In this document: positions 20,153 through 30,600 of the stretch, one piece after another | Position numbering within the stretch: the first letter of the stretch is position 1 | How the letters are laid out: each line of letters begins with the position of its first letter | Assembly: GCA_025059775.1 (NCBI GenBank) | Contig: JANXCW010000006.1 | Span: forward strand, 22,361-86,360 | Source of the DNA: Armatimonadota bacterium | GTDB taxonomy: Bacteria > Sysuimicrobiota > Sysuimicrobiia > Sysuimicrobiales > Sysuimicrobiaceae | Reading direction: 5' to 3' | DNA: 64,000 bases | The notes under the pieces: generated by a model | The model's input: the letters and a program-made list of their open reading frames with translations, nothing else | What the model was told of the DNA's origin: nothing | Databases searched by the model: none | Made by a program: the position numbers and the translations under genes

Positions 20153-21607
20153 TCACTCCCCGGGAACGGGCGCTAGTCCTCCCGGGGCGGTGGGACGTCC
20201 TGCGGGGAGTCCCCGCACGGAGATCAGAGCCAGCAGAGCGGACACCAGAGAGACGGCGAAGACAAAGCTCAGGGCACCTGCCAGGGCGTCTCGAGTCCCC
20301 GCCAGGGCCTCCGCGGAGACCCCCTCCAGGGCCCTGGGATTCAGGATTTCCTGAATTCGATGCGGGGGAACTCCTTGTGCGGCCAGGCGCAGGAACAGCA
20401 GGTTTCCCAGCAGGCTCACTCCCACGGACCCCCCGATGTTGCGGGAGAACAGGACCAGGGAGGTGGCAAGCCCCCGCTGCTCGTAGGCCACGGAGGTCTG
20501 TACCGCGAGGATGAAGGTCAACGCCGCGAATCCGATCCCCACCCCCAGCAGCGCGGTGGCGCCCTGCACCCACAGCCCCGGCACGGAGGGATGGAGGCGG
20601 GTGAGGAAAGCAAGTCCGCCGCTGAAGAGGGCGAGGCCCAGGGTGACCACGGGTCGGAACCCGAACCGCAGGACGAGGCGGCTGCCTACCAGGCTCGCGG
20701 TAGTCCACCCCAGCATGAGCGGGGTGAGGGCCAGACCTGCTTCCGTGGCGCTTCTCCCCTGGGCACCCTGCACGAACAGGGGAATGTAGTAAACACCTCC
20801 GGAGAATGCCGCTCCTACCAGCACGTTGCTGATGGTGCTCACCGTCACCACCCGGTTACCGAACAGCTCCAGGGGAAGCACGGGATCCTCCGTCCGACGT
20901 TCCCACAGGAGGAGTGCGGCTCCTAGAGCTACGCCGGTGAACACGAACCCCGGGCGAATCCTCCCGCCCTCCACCCCCACCAGGAGGGCGACCACGGAGG
21001 CCACCATCAGGAGGGCGCCGGCCACGTCCAGGGAACCTGGCTGGTGTCTTGGGCGTTCGCGGTAAGCACGGGCCACGATCCACAGGGCCACGAGCCCGAC
21101 CGGGAGATTCGCGTAGAAGATCCACCGCCACGACCCCACGCTCACGATGAAGCCTCCCAGCAACGGTCCCAGGATGCTGGCGAGTCCCCACATCCCGCTG
21201 AACAGCCCTTGGATCCGGGCACGCTCCTCCAGGGTGTACAGGTCTCCCACGATGGTGATGGCGATGGGGAGAAGGGCCCCAGCGCCGATCCCCTGGACCG
21301 CCCGGAACACCACGAGTTGCCGCATGGAGCCAGCCGCGCCGCACAGCGCGGAACCCGCCAGGAAGGCCGCGATCCCGAAGAGGTACACCCGACGGCGGCC
21401 GTAGCGGTCCGCGAGCCGGCCGAACACCGGAGTCCCCGCGGTCATGGTGAGGGCGTAGCTGGCTGCGACCCACGGATAGAGCTCGAAGCCCTCCAGCAGG
21501 CGCGTGATGGTGGGGAGGGCGGTCGCTACGATGGTGGTGTCCAGGGCCGCCAGGAACATCCCCAGCATGACCGCCAGCGTCACCACCCGCCGCTGTCCGG
21601 GATCCAC
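20153..21607 (-). CDS. MFS transporter (DHA2/14-TMS-like)
   Basis: Conserved N-terminus RRVVTLAVMLGMFLAALDTTIVATALPTI, the FGRLADRYGRR motif, and 14 predicted TM helices. GTG start with GGAGGAG RBS. The longer ORF upstream is shadow. Confidence 0.8.
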   Translation of the reverse strand: MDPGQRRVVTLAVMLGMFLAALDTTIVATALPTITRLLEGFELYPWVAASYALTMTAGTPVFGRLADRYGRRRVYLFGIAAFLAGSALCGAAGSMRQLVVFRAVQGIGAGALLPIAITIVGDLYTLEERARIQGLFSGMWGLASILGPLLGGFIVSVGSWRWIFYANLPVGLVALWIVARAYRERPRHQPGSLDVAGALLMVASVVALLVGVEGGRIRPGFVFTGVALGAALLLWERRTEDPVLPLELFGNRVVTVSTISNVLVGAAFSGGVYYIPLFVQGAQGRSATEAGLALTPLMLGWTTASLVGSRLVLRFGFRPVVTLGLALFSGGLAFLTRLHPSVPGLWVQGATALLGVGIGFAALTFILAVQTSVAYEQRGLATSLVLFSRNIGGSVGVSLLGNLLFLRLAAQGVPPHRIQEILNPRALEGVSAEALAGTRDALAGALSFVFAVSLVSALLALISVRGLPAGRPTAPGGLAPVPGE

Positions 21608-21644
21608 GTTTCCGCTCCTCCGTCCCGTAGGGGCCGCACGGTCC

Positions 21645-22901
21645 CTACGCCATTGTCCCAGAAGGGGGCAACCCCCTCCCCTCCCCGAGCGGCGCGCCCG
21701 CGTAGGCCCGGTCCAGGATCTCGAAGGTGTGCAGAACTGCAAGAGGCCTTCGCAGAGCCCGGAGGTGTGTGCGGAGCTGAACCATGCACCCGATGTTCCC
21801 CGTGGCCACCACCTCCGCCCCGGTGGACAGCAGACTCTGTGCCTTCCGCCGACCCAGCTCTGCAGCGATCTCGGGGTGTTCCAGGTTGTAGATGCCCGCG
21901 GACCCACAGCAGATCTCCGCGTCCGCGGGCTCCACGAGCTCCAGGTTGCCCACGCTCGCGAGCAGGCGCCGGGGGGCCTCGTGGATCCCCTGCGCGTGGA
22001 GCAGGTGGCAGGCGTCGTGGTAGACCGCCCGCACGGGACGGGGAAGGGGGGGAGGAGGAGTGAAGCCGAGCTCATAGAGAAACGTGCTGACATCCCGGGC
22101 TTGGGTGGCCAACGCCGTTGCCCGCTCTGCCTCCGGATGTCCCTGAAACAGCAGCTTGTACTCCTGCATGGCGGACCCGCACCCCGCGGCGCTGACTACC
22201 ACCGCGTCCACGTCCTCCGGAAAGACCCGGAGGTTGTGCCGTGCGAGCCGGCGGGCGAGCTCCCCAAAGCCCGAGTGCAGGGCGAGGGCACCGCAGCATC
22301 CCTGTCCCCTCGGCACCACCACCTCCACCCCGTTGTGGCTCAGCACGCGAACCACGGCCCAGTTGATCTGGGGGGCCAGCACCTGCTGCACGCAGCCCAC
22401 GAGGAGCGCCACCCGCGCCCGGGGCTTCCCCCGGGCCGGGGTCACCGCGGGGAGAGCGTTCGCCCGGGGAAGGCGCGGGGGGAGGAGATCGAGCATGGCC
22501 CGTGGCCGGGCCGGCAGAATCCTCCGGAGGGGCCGCACCAGGACTCCGATCCGCGCCACCGCCCGGAATCGCACCGGAAAGGGCAGGATCGTCATCACGA
22601 ATTCCCGCAGAAGACGATCCGGGAGCGGGCGCCGATGCCTGCGCTCTGCGAGTTCTCGGAAGGGTGTCACCAGCTCCACGTACCGCACCCCCGAAGGACA
22701 GGCGGTCTGGCAGCCGAGGCACCCCAGACATCGGTCCACATATGGCAGGACCTCCTGCCACCGAAGCCGGCCTTCCAGCGCCTCCTTCATGAGGAAGATC
22801 CGGCCCCGGGGGGAGTCCATCTCCTCGCCGAGGATCCGGTAGGTAGGGCAGGCGGGAAGACAGAACCCGCAGTGGACGCACGCCTCCACCGCGTGCGCCA
22901 T
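21645..22901 (-). CDS. glcF: Glycolate oxidase iron-sulfur subunit
   Basis: Two 4Fe-4S ferredoxin motifs ([28 protein letters not shown]) and CCG domains. An alternative GTG start at about 22949 overlaps the glcE stop. Confidence 0.8.
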   Translation of the reverse strand: MAHAVEACVHCGFCLPACPTYRILGEEMDSPRGRIFLMKEALEGRLRWQEVLPYVDRCLGCLGCQTACPSGVRYVELVTPFRELAERRHRRPLPDRLLREFVMTILPFPVRFRAVARIGVLVRPLRRILPARPRAMLDLLPPRLPRANALPAVTPARGKPRARVALLVGCVQQVLAPQINWAVVRVLSHNGVEVVVPRGQGCCGALALHSGFGELARRLARHNLRVFPEDVDAVVVSAAGCGSAMQEYKLLFQGHPEAERATALATQARDVSTFLYELGFTPPPPLPRPVRAVYHDACHLLHAQGIHEAPRRLLASVGNLELVEPADAEICCGSAGIYNLEHPEIAAELGRRKAQSLLSTGAEVVATGNIGCMVQLRTHLRALRRPLAVLHTFEILDRAYAGAPLGEGRGLPPSGTMA

Positions 22902-22948
22902 GTTCGCCCCCACGGCGCCATATCGCTCCGCGGGAATGGCGTGCTGCA

Positions 22949-24037
22949 CTAGCTCGCTCCGAACTTCCCGTGAGGATCCAGGGCCCGCTTCACCCGCCGG
23001 GCGAAGGCCTCGCCTCCCCACTCTCCGAGCATTCCCCGCCCGGGCGGCCCCAGCACGCAAAGACCCGCGAGCCCTAGTTCCACCAGCGTCCGGTGTAGGA
23101 GGCCCAGCTCCCCCGGCCACGCCACCCACGCGCAGGTCCCGCCCACGCTATAGCGTCGGGGAGCGCCTGAGCGGGCCAGCCGTTCCTCAAGGCCTACAAG
23201 ACGCCGGGGAGTGACCGGCACCTTCACCAGCGCATGCCCGGCCGGAACCCACGAGAACTCCCGCAGGTCCTCCCACACCCTCCGCTCCTCCTCCCCCCGC
23301 AAGACCTCCGTCGGTCTACCCAGGAACGCCACAAGGCGCGCGATCCTCGCCTCCAGGGACTCCGCAAGCCCCCCCAGCCGCACCCACAGGACTCCGGACG
23401 GGTCCAGATCCAGGACCTCGAGCTCGAAGCGGCTCATGCCCAGGCGCACCAGGGTGTCCACCGCCTCCCCGAACCTCGGGTGCGCCACCCGGAGCGTGGC
23501 GTGGGCGTGGGGCGCGGGAAAGACCTTAAAGGTGAGTTCCACCAGGACTCCCATCTGGCCGAGGCTTCCTACCATGAGCTTGGGGAAATCGAAGCCCGCG
23601 GCGTTCTTCACCACCTTCCCCCCGCCTCGCACCAGGGTCCCGGTGCCGTCCACAAACCGCACGCCCAGCACGAAGTCCCGCACCCCTCCGTACCGGTAGC
23701 GCCTCGGGCCGCTGAGTCCGCTCGCCACCGTTCCTCCGAGGGTGGCGCCGGAGGCGGAAAACGGCGGATCAAAGGGCAAAAACTGCCCGTGGGCCCGAAG
23801 CATCTCCTCCACCGCACGCACCGGAGTGCCCGCAAGCGCGGTAAAGGTGAACTCCATGGGATCGTAGTCCAGCACGCCCGAGAGCCGGGAGAGGTCGAGC
23901 ACGGTGGCCTCGGAAGGGGGCGTGGAGAGCGCGGTTTTCGTCCCGCCGCCGCGGGGGAGGACGAAGCGCCGCTCCCGAACGATCTCCTGGACCTCTGCTG
24001 CCGTACCTGGCCGTACGAGCTCTCCGACCGGGCTCAT
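22949..24037 (-). CDS. glcE: Glycolate oxidase FAD-binding subunit
   Basis: FAD-binding PCMH domain ([12 protein letters not shown]). ATG overlaps the glcD TGA (ATGA). Confidence 0.8.
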   Translation of the reverse strand: MSPVGELVRPGTAAEVQEIVRERRFVLPRGGGTKTALSTPPSEATVLDLSRLSGVLDYDPMEFTFTALAGTPVRAVEEMLRAHGQFLPFDPPFSASGATLGGTVASGLSGPRRYRYGGVRDFVLGVRFVDGTGTLVRGGGKVVKNAAGFDFPKLMVGSLGQMGVLVELTFKVFPAPHAHATLRVAHPRFGEAVDTLVRLGMSRFELEVLDLDPSGVLWVRLGGLAESLEARIARLVAFLGRPTEVLRGEEERRVWEDLREFSWVPAGHALVKVPVTPRRLVGLEERLARSGAPRRYSVGGTCAWVAWPGELGLLHRTLVELGLAGLCVLGPPGRGMLGEWGGEAFARRVKRALDPHGKFGAS

Positions 24038-25443
24038 GCCCCCACTGTAGCAGCCTCCGGCTCCGGCGGGAACATCTTGCCCCGGTTTGAGAGCTCCTGG
24101 GGATCCATGGCGCGCCGCAGGCGGCGCATGACGGCGAGATCCGCCCCTGTGAACATCTCCGCCAGGAAGGCCCGCTTCTCCATCCCCACCCCGTGCTCGC
24201 CCGTGATGGACCCTCCCAGGCGGATGCACATCCGCAGGATCTCCCCCGCCAGCGCTTCCGCCCGCTCCAGCTCGCCGGGGTTTCGACCGTCGTACAGGAT
24301 GAGGGGGTGAAGGTTGCCGTCTCCCGCGTGGAAGACGTTGGCCACCCGCAGACCGTAGGCGGCGCTTAGGCGCTCGATCTCCCGCAGGGCCTGTCCGAGC
24401 CGGGTGCGCGGCACCACCCCGTCCTGTACCAGATAGTCTGGGCTGAGCCGTCCCACCGCGGAGAACGCCCCCTTCCGCCCCTTCCAGATCTTCTGTCGCT
24501 CCACCTCGTCCTTGGCGAGGCGCACCTCCGTAGGTCCGGAGAGATGGATCACCTCCCACAGCTGGCGCAGTTCCGCCTCCACCTCCGGTTCCTCCCCCTC
24601 CAGCTCCACGATGAGCACGGCCGCGGCATCCCGGGGGTATCCCGCGCCCACCGCGGCCTCCACGGCCTCGAGGCTGAGCCGGTCCATGATCTCGATGGCC
24701 CCGGGCAACAGCCCCGAGGCCACCACCCGTGCCACGGCCTCCCCTGCCTCCTCCAGGCTCCGGTAGGCGGCGAGTACGGTACGGTATGCCTCGGGACGCG
24801 GCACCAGGTGCAGGGTGATCTCCAGGGCGATGCCGAAAAGCCCTTCGGAGCCCACGAAGATCCCCACCAGGTCCGGCCCCACCCCCTCCAGGCTCTCGCC
24901 GCCGAACCGCACCACCTCCCCATCGGCCAGCACCGCCTTGATGCCGAGCACATGGTTAGCGGTCATCCCGTACTTGAGGCAGTGGGCCCCTCCCGAGTTA
25001 AACGCCACGTTCCCGCCGATGGTGCACACGCCCTGGCTGCTGGGGTCCGGAGCGTAGTGCAGGCCGTAGGGGGCCGCGGCCCGGGAGACCTCGAGATTCG
25101 CCACCCCCGGCTCCACCACCACGATGCGCTCCTCCGGGTCCAGGCGCAGGATCCGGTTCAGCCGGTTGAGGGCGATGACGATTCCGCCCTCCACGGGCAA
25201 GCTGCCTCCCGAAAGGCTCGTGCCGCTCCCCCGGGGCACGAACGGCACCCCCTCCCGGTTGCACCATCGCACGGTGGCGATCACCTCATCCTGCGTCTCG
25301 GGCAGCACCACCGCGAGCGGCCGGGCCCGGAAGCCCGTGAGGGCGTCGGATTCGTACGGCGCCAGCTCCGCGGGCCGTGTGAGGATCCGGTCGCGGGGGT
25401 AGATGGCCCGCAGCCCTTCCAGCAGACCCGGGGTCTCCTTCAT
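24034..25443 (-). CDS. glcD: Glycolate oxidase subunit D (FAD-linked oxidase)
   Basis: FAD-binding domain ([36 protein letters not shown]) and a C-terminal FAD-oxidase domain. Start overlaps the aceB stop. Confidence 0.9.
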   Translation of the reverse strand: MKETPGLLEGLRAIYPRDRILTRPAELAPYESDALTGFRARPLAVVLPETQDEVIATVRWCNREGVPFVPRGSGTSLSGGSLPVEGGIVIALNRLNRILRLDPEERIVVVEPGVANLEVSRAAAPYGLHYAPDPSSQGVCTIGGNVAFNSGGAHCLKYGMTANHVLGIKAVLADGEVVRFGGESLEGVGPDLVGIFVGSEGLFGIALEITLHLVPRPEAYRTVLAAYRSLEEAGEAVARVVASGLLPGAIEIMDRLSLEAVEAAVGAGYPRDAAAVLIVELEGEEPEVEAELRQLWEVIHLSGPTEVRLAKDEVERQKIWKGRKGAFSAVGRLSPDYLVQDGVVPRTRLGQALREIERLSAAYGLRVANVFHAGDGNLHPLILYDGRNPGELERAEALAGEILRMCIRLGGSITGEHGVGMEKRAFLAEMFTGADLAVMRRLRRAMDPQELSNRGKMFPPEPEAATVGA

Positions 25444-27035
25444 TCCAGGCGGTCGTACGCTAGCAGGGTAAGAAACTCCGTGAATTCCTCCTCCAACACC
25501 AGCCGGTCCAGCAGCTCCGCGGCCTCATGGAGGGCAGAGGGGGTCTGCCGCTCCGCCATGAGCCGCGTCACCTCCTTCTCGCGAACGGATCGGTACAGGT
25601 CCGGAGTCACGGGCGTTCCGTCCTCCATCTTCGCACGGTGGTGGATCCACTGCCACAGCTGGGCCCGGCAGATCTCCGCGGTGGCGGTGTCCTCCATGAG
25701 GTTGTAGATGGCCACGGCCCCCGTGCCCTGCAGCCAGGCCTCCAGGTACTGCAGGGCCACGCTCACGTTGTTCCACAATCCCTGCTCCGTAATGCGACCT
25801 CCGGGAACCCGGAAGTCCAAAAGATCTCGTGCGGTTACCCGCACCTCCTCCCGCAGCCGGTGCTTCTGGTGCGGGCGGTCCTCCAGGACCCGGTCGAAGG
25901 GCTCCCGGGCGATGGGCACCAGGTCCGGATGCGCCACCCAGGTGCCGTCGAAGCCCTGTGCGGATTCCCGCTCCTTGTCCTCCCGGACCTTTGCGAAGGC
26001 GGTCTCGTTCACGCGGGGGTCCTTGCGGCTTGGCACGAAAGCCGCCATTCCCCCGATGGCGTGTGCGCCCCGGCGGTGGCAGGTGCGCACCAGGAGCTCC
26101 GTGTAGGCGTGCATGAAGGGCACCGTCATGGTCACCTGGGCTCGGTCCGGGAATACGAGCTCCGGGCGGTCCCGGAACTTCTTGATCACGCTGAAGATGT
26201 AGTCCCAGCGGCCCGCGTTGAGGCCGGAGGCATGGTCCCGAAGTTCCCAGAGGATCTCGTCCATCTCGAAGGCCGCGAGGATGGTCTCGATGAGCACGGT
26301 GGCCCGGATGGTCCCCCGCGGGATCCCGAGTCGGTCCTGGGCGAAACAGAAGACCTCGTTCCACAGCCGAGCTTCCCGGTAGCTTTCCAGCTTGGGCAGG
26401 TAGAAGTAGGGTCCCGTGCCGCGCTCCAGCAGTTCCCGGGCATTGTGGAAGAAGTACAGACCGAAGTCGAAGAGGCTGGCGCAGATGGGCTCCCCGTCCA
26501 CCCGCACGTGTCGCTCCACCAGGTGCCATCCCCGCGGACGCACCAGCAGGGTAGCGGTTCGGTCTGCCAGCCGGTAGGTCTTGCCCTCTGGGCTCACGTA
26601 CTCGATGGTGCGCCGCACCGCGTCCATGAGGTTTTTCTGTCCGGAGATCACGTTGGTCCAGATGGGGGAGAGGGCGTCTTCGAAATCCGCCATGAACACC
26701 TGGGCTCCTGAATTGAGGGCGTTGATCATCATCTTGCGATCCACAGGACCCGTGATCTCCACCCGGCGGTCCTGGAGGTCCGCGGGCGCGGGAGCCACGG
26801 TCCACGTGGACTCCCGGATGTGCCGGGTCTCGGAGGGGAAGTCGGGCAGGATCCCAGCGGAGAGCTCCCGTTGACGCTCCTTCCGCCGCGCCAGCAGGGC
26901 CTTGCGGGTTCCGTCGAACTCCCGGTGCAAGGCTGCCACGAATTCCAAAGCCTGTGGGGTCAGAACCAGGCTCTGGTCGGGTCCCGCATCCTTGAGCACT
27001 TCCACGCCGCGCGCCGCGATGGCCATCCCCATCAC
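25440..27035 (-). CDS. aceB: Malate synthase A
   Basis: Malate synthase signatures ([36 protein letters not shown]-like motifs). About 530 aa. Confidence 0.9.
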   Translation of the reverse strand: MMGMAIAARGVEVLKDAGPDQSLVLTPQALEFVAALHREFDGTRKALLARRKERQRELSAGILPDFPSETRHIRESTWTVAPAPADLQDRRVEITGPVDRKMMINALNSGAQVFMADFEDALSPIWTNVISGQKNLMDAVRRTIEYVSPEGKTYRLADRTATLLVRPRGWHLVERHVRVDGEPICASLFDFGLYFFHNARELLERGTGPYFYLPKLESYREARLWNEVFCFAQDRLGIPRGTIRATVLIETILAAFEMDEILWELRDHASGLNAGRWDYIFSVIKKFRDRPELVFPDRAQVTMTVPFMHAYTELLVRTCHRRGAHAIGGMAAFVPSRKDPRVNETAFAKVREDKERESAQGFDGTWVAHPDLVPIAREPFDRVLEDRPHQKHRLREEVRVTARDLLDFRVPGGRITEQGLWNNVSVALQYLEAWLQGTGAVAIYNLMEDTATAEICRAQLWQWIHHRAKMEDGTPVTPDLYRSVREKEVTRLMAERQTPSALHEAAELLDRLVLEEEFTEFLTLLAYDRLE

Positions 27036-27100
27036 CTCCGCTCGCGGGCAGCGTAGCCCCCGCCTGCGGGAGTTGTCAATATACGGAAGTTTTTTCTACA

Positions 27101-27919
27101 ATGTGGAAAGCCATGGGACGTCCGCGGATCACCGGCCGGGCGGGCGGGGACCGCACCGTGCGGTCCCTGGTGCGGGGCCTGCAGGTGCTGGAGATCCTCG
27201 CGCGGGACCCGGAGCAGAGCCTCACGGAGATCGCCCGCCGGGCGCACCTTCCCTTCAGCACCACCCACCGCCTCCTGGAGACCCTCCGCCGTCGCGGATT
27301 CGTGGCCCAGGTGGAGGAATCCGGACGTTACCGGGTGGGGCTCAAGGCCTTCGAAGTGGGGACCGCGTTCCTCGCATCTCACCGGCTCCCCGAGGTAGCC
27401 CGGCCCGTCATGGCGGAACTGGTGAAGCAGCTGAGCGAGACCGCCAACCTCGCGGTGCGGGACGGCAGGGAGGCCGTCTACGTTCTGCAGGTGGAAAGCC
27501 CCAGGATGCTCAGGCTGTTCGCGCACCCCGGCGCGCGGCATCCCCTCTACTGCACAGGCGTGGGCAAGGTGCTGCTGGCGTGGGAGCCGGAAGAGAAAGT
27601 ACGGGCCATGCTCGGACCAGGACCCCTTCCTCGCTATACGGCCCGGACCCTCACGGATCCGGAGGCGATCTTACAGGAACTGCGGTGGGTACGGGCGCGG
27701 GGATATGCCGTGGACCGGGAGGAGCGGGAGATCGGGGTGCGGTGCGTGGCGGCTCCCGTGCGCGACGCCACGGGGAGGGTGGTGGCGGCCCTTTCCATCT
27801 CCGCCCCCGTGACTCGTCTGCCGTACCGTCGCTTCCCTGAGGTGGCCCGGGCGGTGATGGCGGCGGCCCGACGCATCAGCGAGCGGATGGGGTTTTCCGG
27901 ATCTCCGTCGACCCCCTAG
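27101..27919 (+). CDS. IclR-family transcriptional regulator
   Basis: N-terminal wHTH (VRSLVRGLQVLEILARDPEQSLTEIARRAHLPFSTTHRLLETL) and a C-terminal IclR effector domain. Divergent from aceB-glcDEF. Confidence 0.8.
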   Translation: MWKAMGRPRITGRAGGDRTVRSLVRGLQVLEILARDPEQSLTEIARRAHLPFSTTHRLLETLRRRGFVAQVEESGRYRVGLKAFEVGTAFLASHRLPEVARPVMAELVKQLSETANLAVRDGREAVYVLQVESPRMLRLFAHPGARHPLYCTGVGKVLLAWEPEEKVRAMLGPGPLPRYTARTLTDPEAILQELRWVRARGYAVDREEREIGVRCVAAPVRDATGRVVAALSISAPVTRLPYRRFPEVARAVMAAARRISERMGFSGSPSTP

Positions 27920-29088
27920 GTGCTTCCCAGGACTTTCCGCGCGGCCTCCACGCCTGCCCCCGGGGGAACCCGGAAGCCCTCCTCCTGGAGGACGGCCTCC
28001 AGGGCCGAGAGGAGCAACAGGACCACCCGGGGCTGGGCGTTGTAGCCCATGGTCCCGATCCGCCAGAGGTGGTTCCGAAAGGATCCGAATCCCGCGCCGA
28101 TCTCGATGTCGAACTGCTCCAGCAGCCGAGCTCGAACCCGCTCGCCGTCCAAACTCTCCGGCACCCGAACCGTGGTGAGCACGGGGAGCCGGTAGCCCTC
28201 CGCCGCGAACAGCTCAAGGCCCATGGCCTGTAGCCCCGCCTGCAAGGCTCGCCCGACCCGATCGTGGCGGGCCCACCGGGCCTCCAGGCCCTCTTCCAGA
28301 AGGATGCGTAGGGCCTCGCGGAGGGCATAGATCATGGTGGCGGACATGGTGTGGTGGTACCCGCTGCCGGACCAGTACCCCCACAGGAGACCCAGATCGA
28401 AGTAGTAGGACTGCACGGGCCGGCGCCGCCCCTGGATCTTCCGCACCGCGGCCTCGCTGAGCGTCACCGGGCTCATTCCCGGGGGCGCTCCGAGGCACTT
28501 CTGGGTACAGGCGAACACCGCGTCCAGCCCCGTGCGATCCACCTCCAGGGGAATACCCCCGAAGGAGGTGACCGCGTCCACCACCAGCAGCGCCCCGTGC
28601 GCGCGGGCGATGTCCCGGATCTCCTCCAGGGGCTGCTGGACACCGGTGGAGGTCTCCGCGTGCACCAGGGCCAGGATGCGGGGCCGCGTCTCCCGGGCCA
28701 CGCGCGCCACATCCTCCGGATCCACGGGTCTACCCCACGGGGCTTCCACCGTGACCACCTCCGCCCCGCACCTTCGGAACACCTCCCGCATCCGGTCACC
28801 GAAGTATCCCGCCACGCACACCAGGACCCGGTCGCCCGGCTCCGTGAGGCTACTAGCTACCGCCTCCATCCCCGCGCTCCCCGTCCCTGAGATCGCGAAG
28901 GTCCACTCGTTGCGGGTCCGGTAGGCCACGCGGAGGAGATCCGCCACTTCCGCGAGGGCGCTGAGGAACTGGGGGTCCAGATGTCCTAGCACCGGTGTAC
29001 CCAGGGCCCGCAGGACGCGGGGGTGCACGTTGCTGGGCCCGGGTCCCAGCAACCATCGGTCCGCGGGTCGGAAATCGCCGATCTCCAT
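27916..29088 (-). CDS. Class-V aminotransferase (serine-pyruvate / alanine-glyoxylate aminotransferase, AGXT-like)
   Basis: LLGPGPSNVHPRVL N-terminus typical of AGXT. Probable PLP-lysine region GVDAVTSFGGIP (PLP site not resolved). ATG at 29088 with GGAGG RBS. Confidence 0.8.
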   Translation of the reverse strand: MEIGDFRPADRWLLGPGPSNVHPRVLRALGTPVLGHLDPQFLSALAEVADLLRVAYRTRNEWTFAISGTGSAGMEAVASSLTEPGDRVLVCVAGYFGDRMREVFRRCGAEVVTVEAPWGRPVDPEDVARVARETRPRILALVHAETSTGVQQPLEEIRDIARAHGALLVVDAVTSFGGIPLEVDRTGLDAVFACTQKCLGAPPGMSPVTLSEAAVRKIQGRRRPVQSYYFDLGLLWGYWSGSGYHHTMSATMIYALREALRILLEEGLEARWARHDRVGRALQAGLQAMGLELFAAEGYRLPVLTTVRVPESLDGERVRARLLEQFDIEIGAGFGSFRNHLWRIGTMGYNAQPRVVLLLLSALEAVLQEEGFRVPPGAGVEAARKVLGST

Positions 29089-29090
29089 GG

Positions 29091-29523
29091 CTACCTCCAT
29101 CCCGTGCGCGCTGCGAAGACGAGCAGCGCCAGCAGCGCGGCGTTCACGACATGGGCAAGATAGCACAGAGGACAGTGGGTGCGCAGCCGCCACACCAGGG
29201 CCCAGACCAGGTAGAGGCCGGCAAGCACGGCTCCGAGGGCGGCGGCGAGGACAGCGCCGAGCCACCGCCGGTCTCCCAGCTGAGCGAGGAGAACCGCGGC
29301 GAACACCCCGGGATAGAACCCCAGGCCCACCATACTGTTCGGAACCCCCAGCAGGCGGGCTTCCGGCGCTTCCAGGATGGAAAGACAGCGGCCCTGCTCC
29401 ATGCGGCAGAACTGCGGGAGCCACCGGGGATCTGATGGGAGAACCCGGTGCTGCACCAGCACGAAGTACAGGCTATCGAGAAACCCTACCGCGCACAGCC
29501 CGCCCACGGCCACCGCTTGCCAC
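29091..29523 (-). CDS. Vitamin K epoxide reductase (VKOR)-like small membrane protein
   Basis: Loop cysteine pair (FCRMEQGRC), a TM CPLC redox motif, and 4 hydrophobic helices. GTG start inferred after the GalT-like stop. Start uncertain. Confidence 0.5.
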
Positions 29524-29539
29524 ACGGGATCACGACCTC

Positions 29540-30598
29540 CTAGCCCCCCACCTCTCCGTGGAGGTTCGCCGCCTCCCGGGAAGCGAGGAGGGTCGGTACC
29601 GGCTCGGCGGAACGCAGCTGCCGGGCCGCCTCCTCCGGCGGAACCACATTGATGTAGAAGCCCGTGCCCCACTCGAATCCTGCCACCTGCGTAAGCCGCG
29701 GCATGATCTCCACGTGCCAGTGGTAGAAGTGGCCGGGGAAGGCATCGTAGGGTGCGGTATGCACGATGAAGTTGTACGGAGGGTTCTCGAGGACCGTGTG
29801 GAGCTTCCAGAGCGTGGTGCGGAGGGCGTCCGCGGCCTCCAGGAGCTCCTCGTCCCGCAGCTCGCCGAAGGAGGCCGCGTGGCGCTTGGGGACGATCCAT
29901 GTCTCGTATGGGAAGCGGGAGGCATAAGGTTCGTAGGCCACGAAGCCTTCGTTCTCGTACACCAGCCGATCGCCGCTACGCCGCTCCGCATCCAGCACAT
30001 CGCAATATAGACAGCGGGCCCGATCTGCGAAGTACCCCCGGGCCACCTCCAGCTCCTCCTCCGCCCGCCGGGGAAGGACCGGGAGGGCAATGAGCTGGGA
30101 GTGCGGGTGCGACAGGCTTGCGCCTGCGCTTCGTCCGTGGTTGCGGAAGAGCAGGGCGTATCGAAACCGGGGATCCCGGTCGAGATCCAGGTACCGCTCC
30201 CGGTACACCCACAGGACCTTGGCCACCTGTTCCTGGGACATGAGCCCCAGGTGCGTGTCGTGCTCCGGGGTCTCGATGATCACCTCGTGGGCTCCGACCC
30301 CGTCCATGTGCTCAAAGAGCGGCGCGCCCGCAGGCGCCAGCACTCCCTCGATGCGGAGGGCAGGGAACTTGTTGGGAACCACCCGCACCTCCCAACCGGG
30401 GGTATTGGGAGGACTCCCATCGGGTCGGAGGGCGAGAATTTCGGGTGGGGTCTCGGATTCCTTGCCCCAGCAGAAGGGGCAGCGGTTCCGGTTCTCCACC
30501 ACCTCCTTGGGTCGGACAAAGTCCGTGGGGCGCATGAGCCGATCCGTGGCGATGATCACCCACCGGCCGGAGATGGCGTCCCGTCGCAGCTCAGGCAC
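29540..30598 (-). CDS. GalT-like nucleotidyltransferase (galactose-1-phosphate uridylyltransferase / ADP-glucose phosphorylase family)
   Basis: GalT N-terminus ELRRDAISGRWVIIATDRLMRP. Zn site CPFC. HIT-like HxHxQ (HPHSQ). GTG start 2 nt after the glgA stop. Confidence 0.75.
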   Translation of the reverse strand: MPELRRDAISGRWVIIATDRLMRPTDFVRPKEVVENRNRCPFCWGKESETPPEILALRPDGSPPNTPGWEVRVVPNKFPALRIEGVLAPAGAPLFEHMDGVGAHEVIIETPEHDTHLGLMSQEQVAKVLWVYRERYLDLDRDPRFRYALLFRNHGRSAGASLSHPHSQLIALPVLPRRAEEELEVARGYFADRARCLYCDVLDAERRSGDRLVYENEGFVAYEPYASRFPYETWIVPKRHAASFGELRDEELLEAADALRTTLWKLHTVLENPPYNFIVHTAPYDAFPGHFYHWHVEIMPRLTQVAGFEWGTGFYINVVPPEEAARQLRSAEPVPTLLASREAANLHGEVGG

Positions 30599-30600
30599 CC

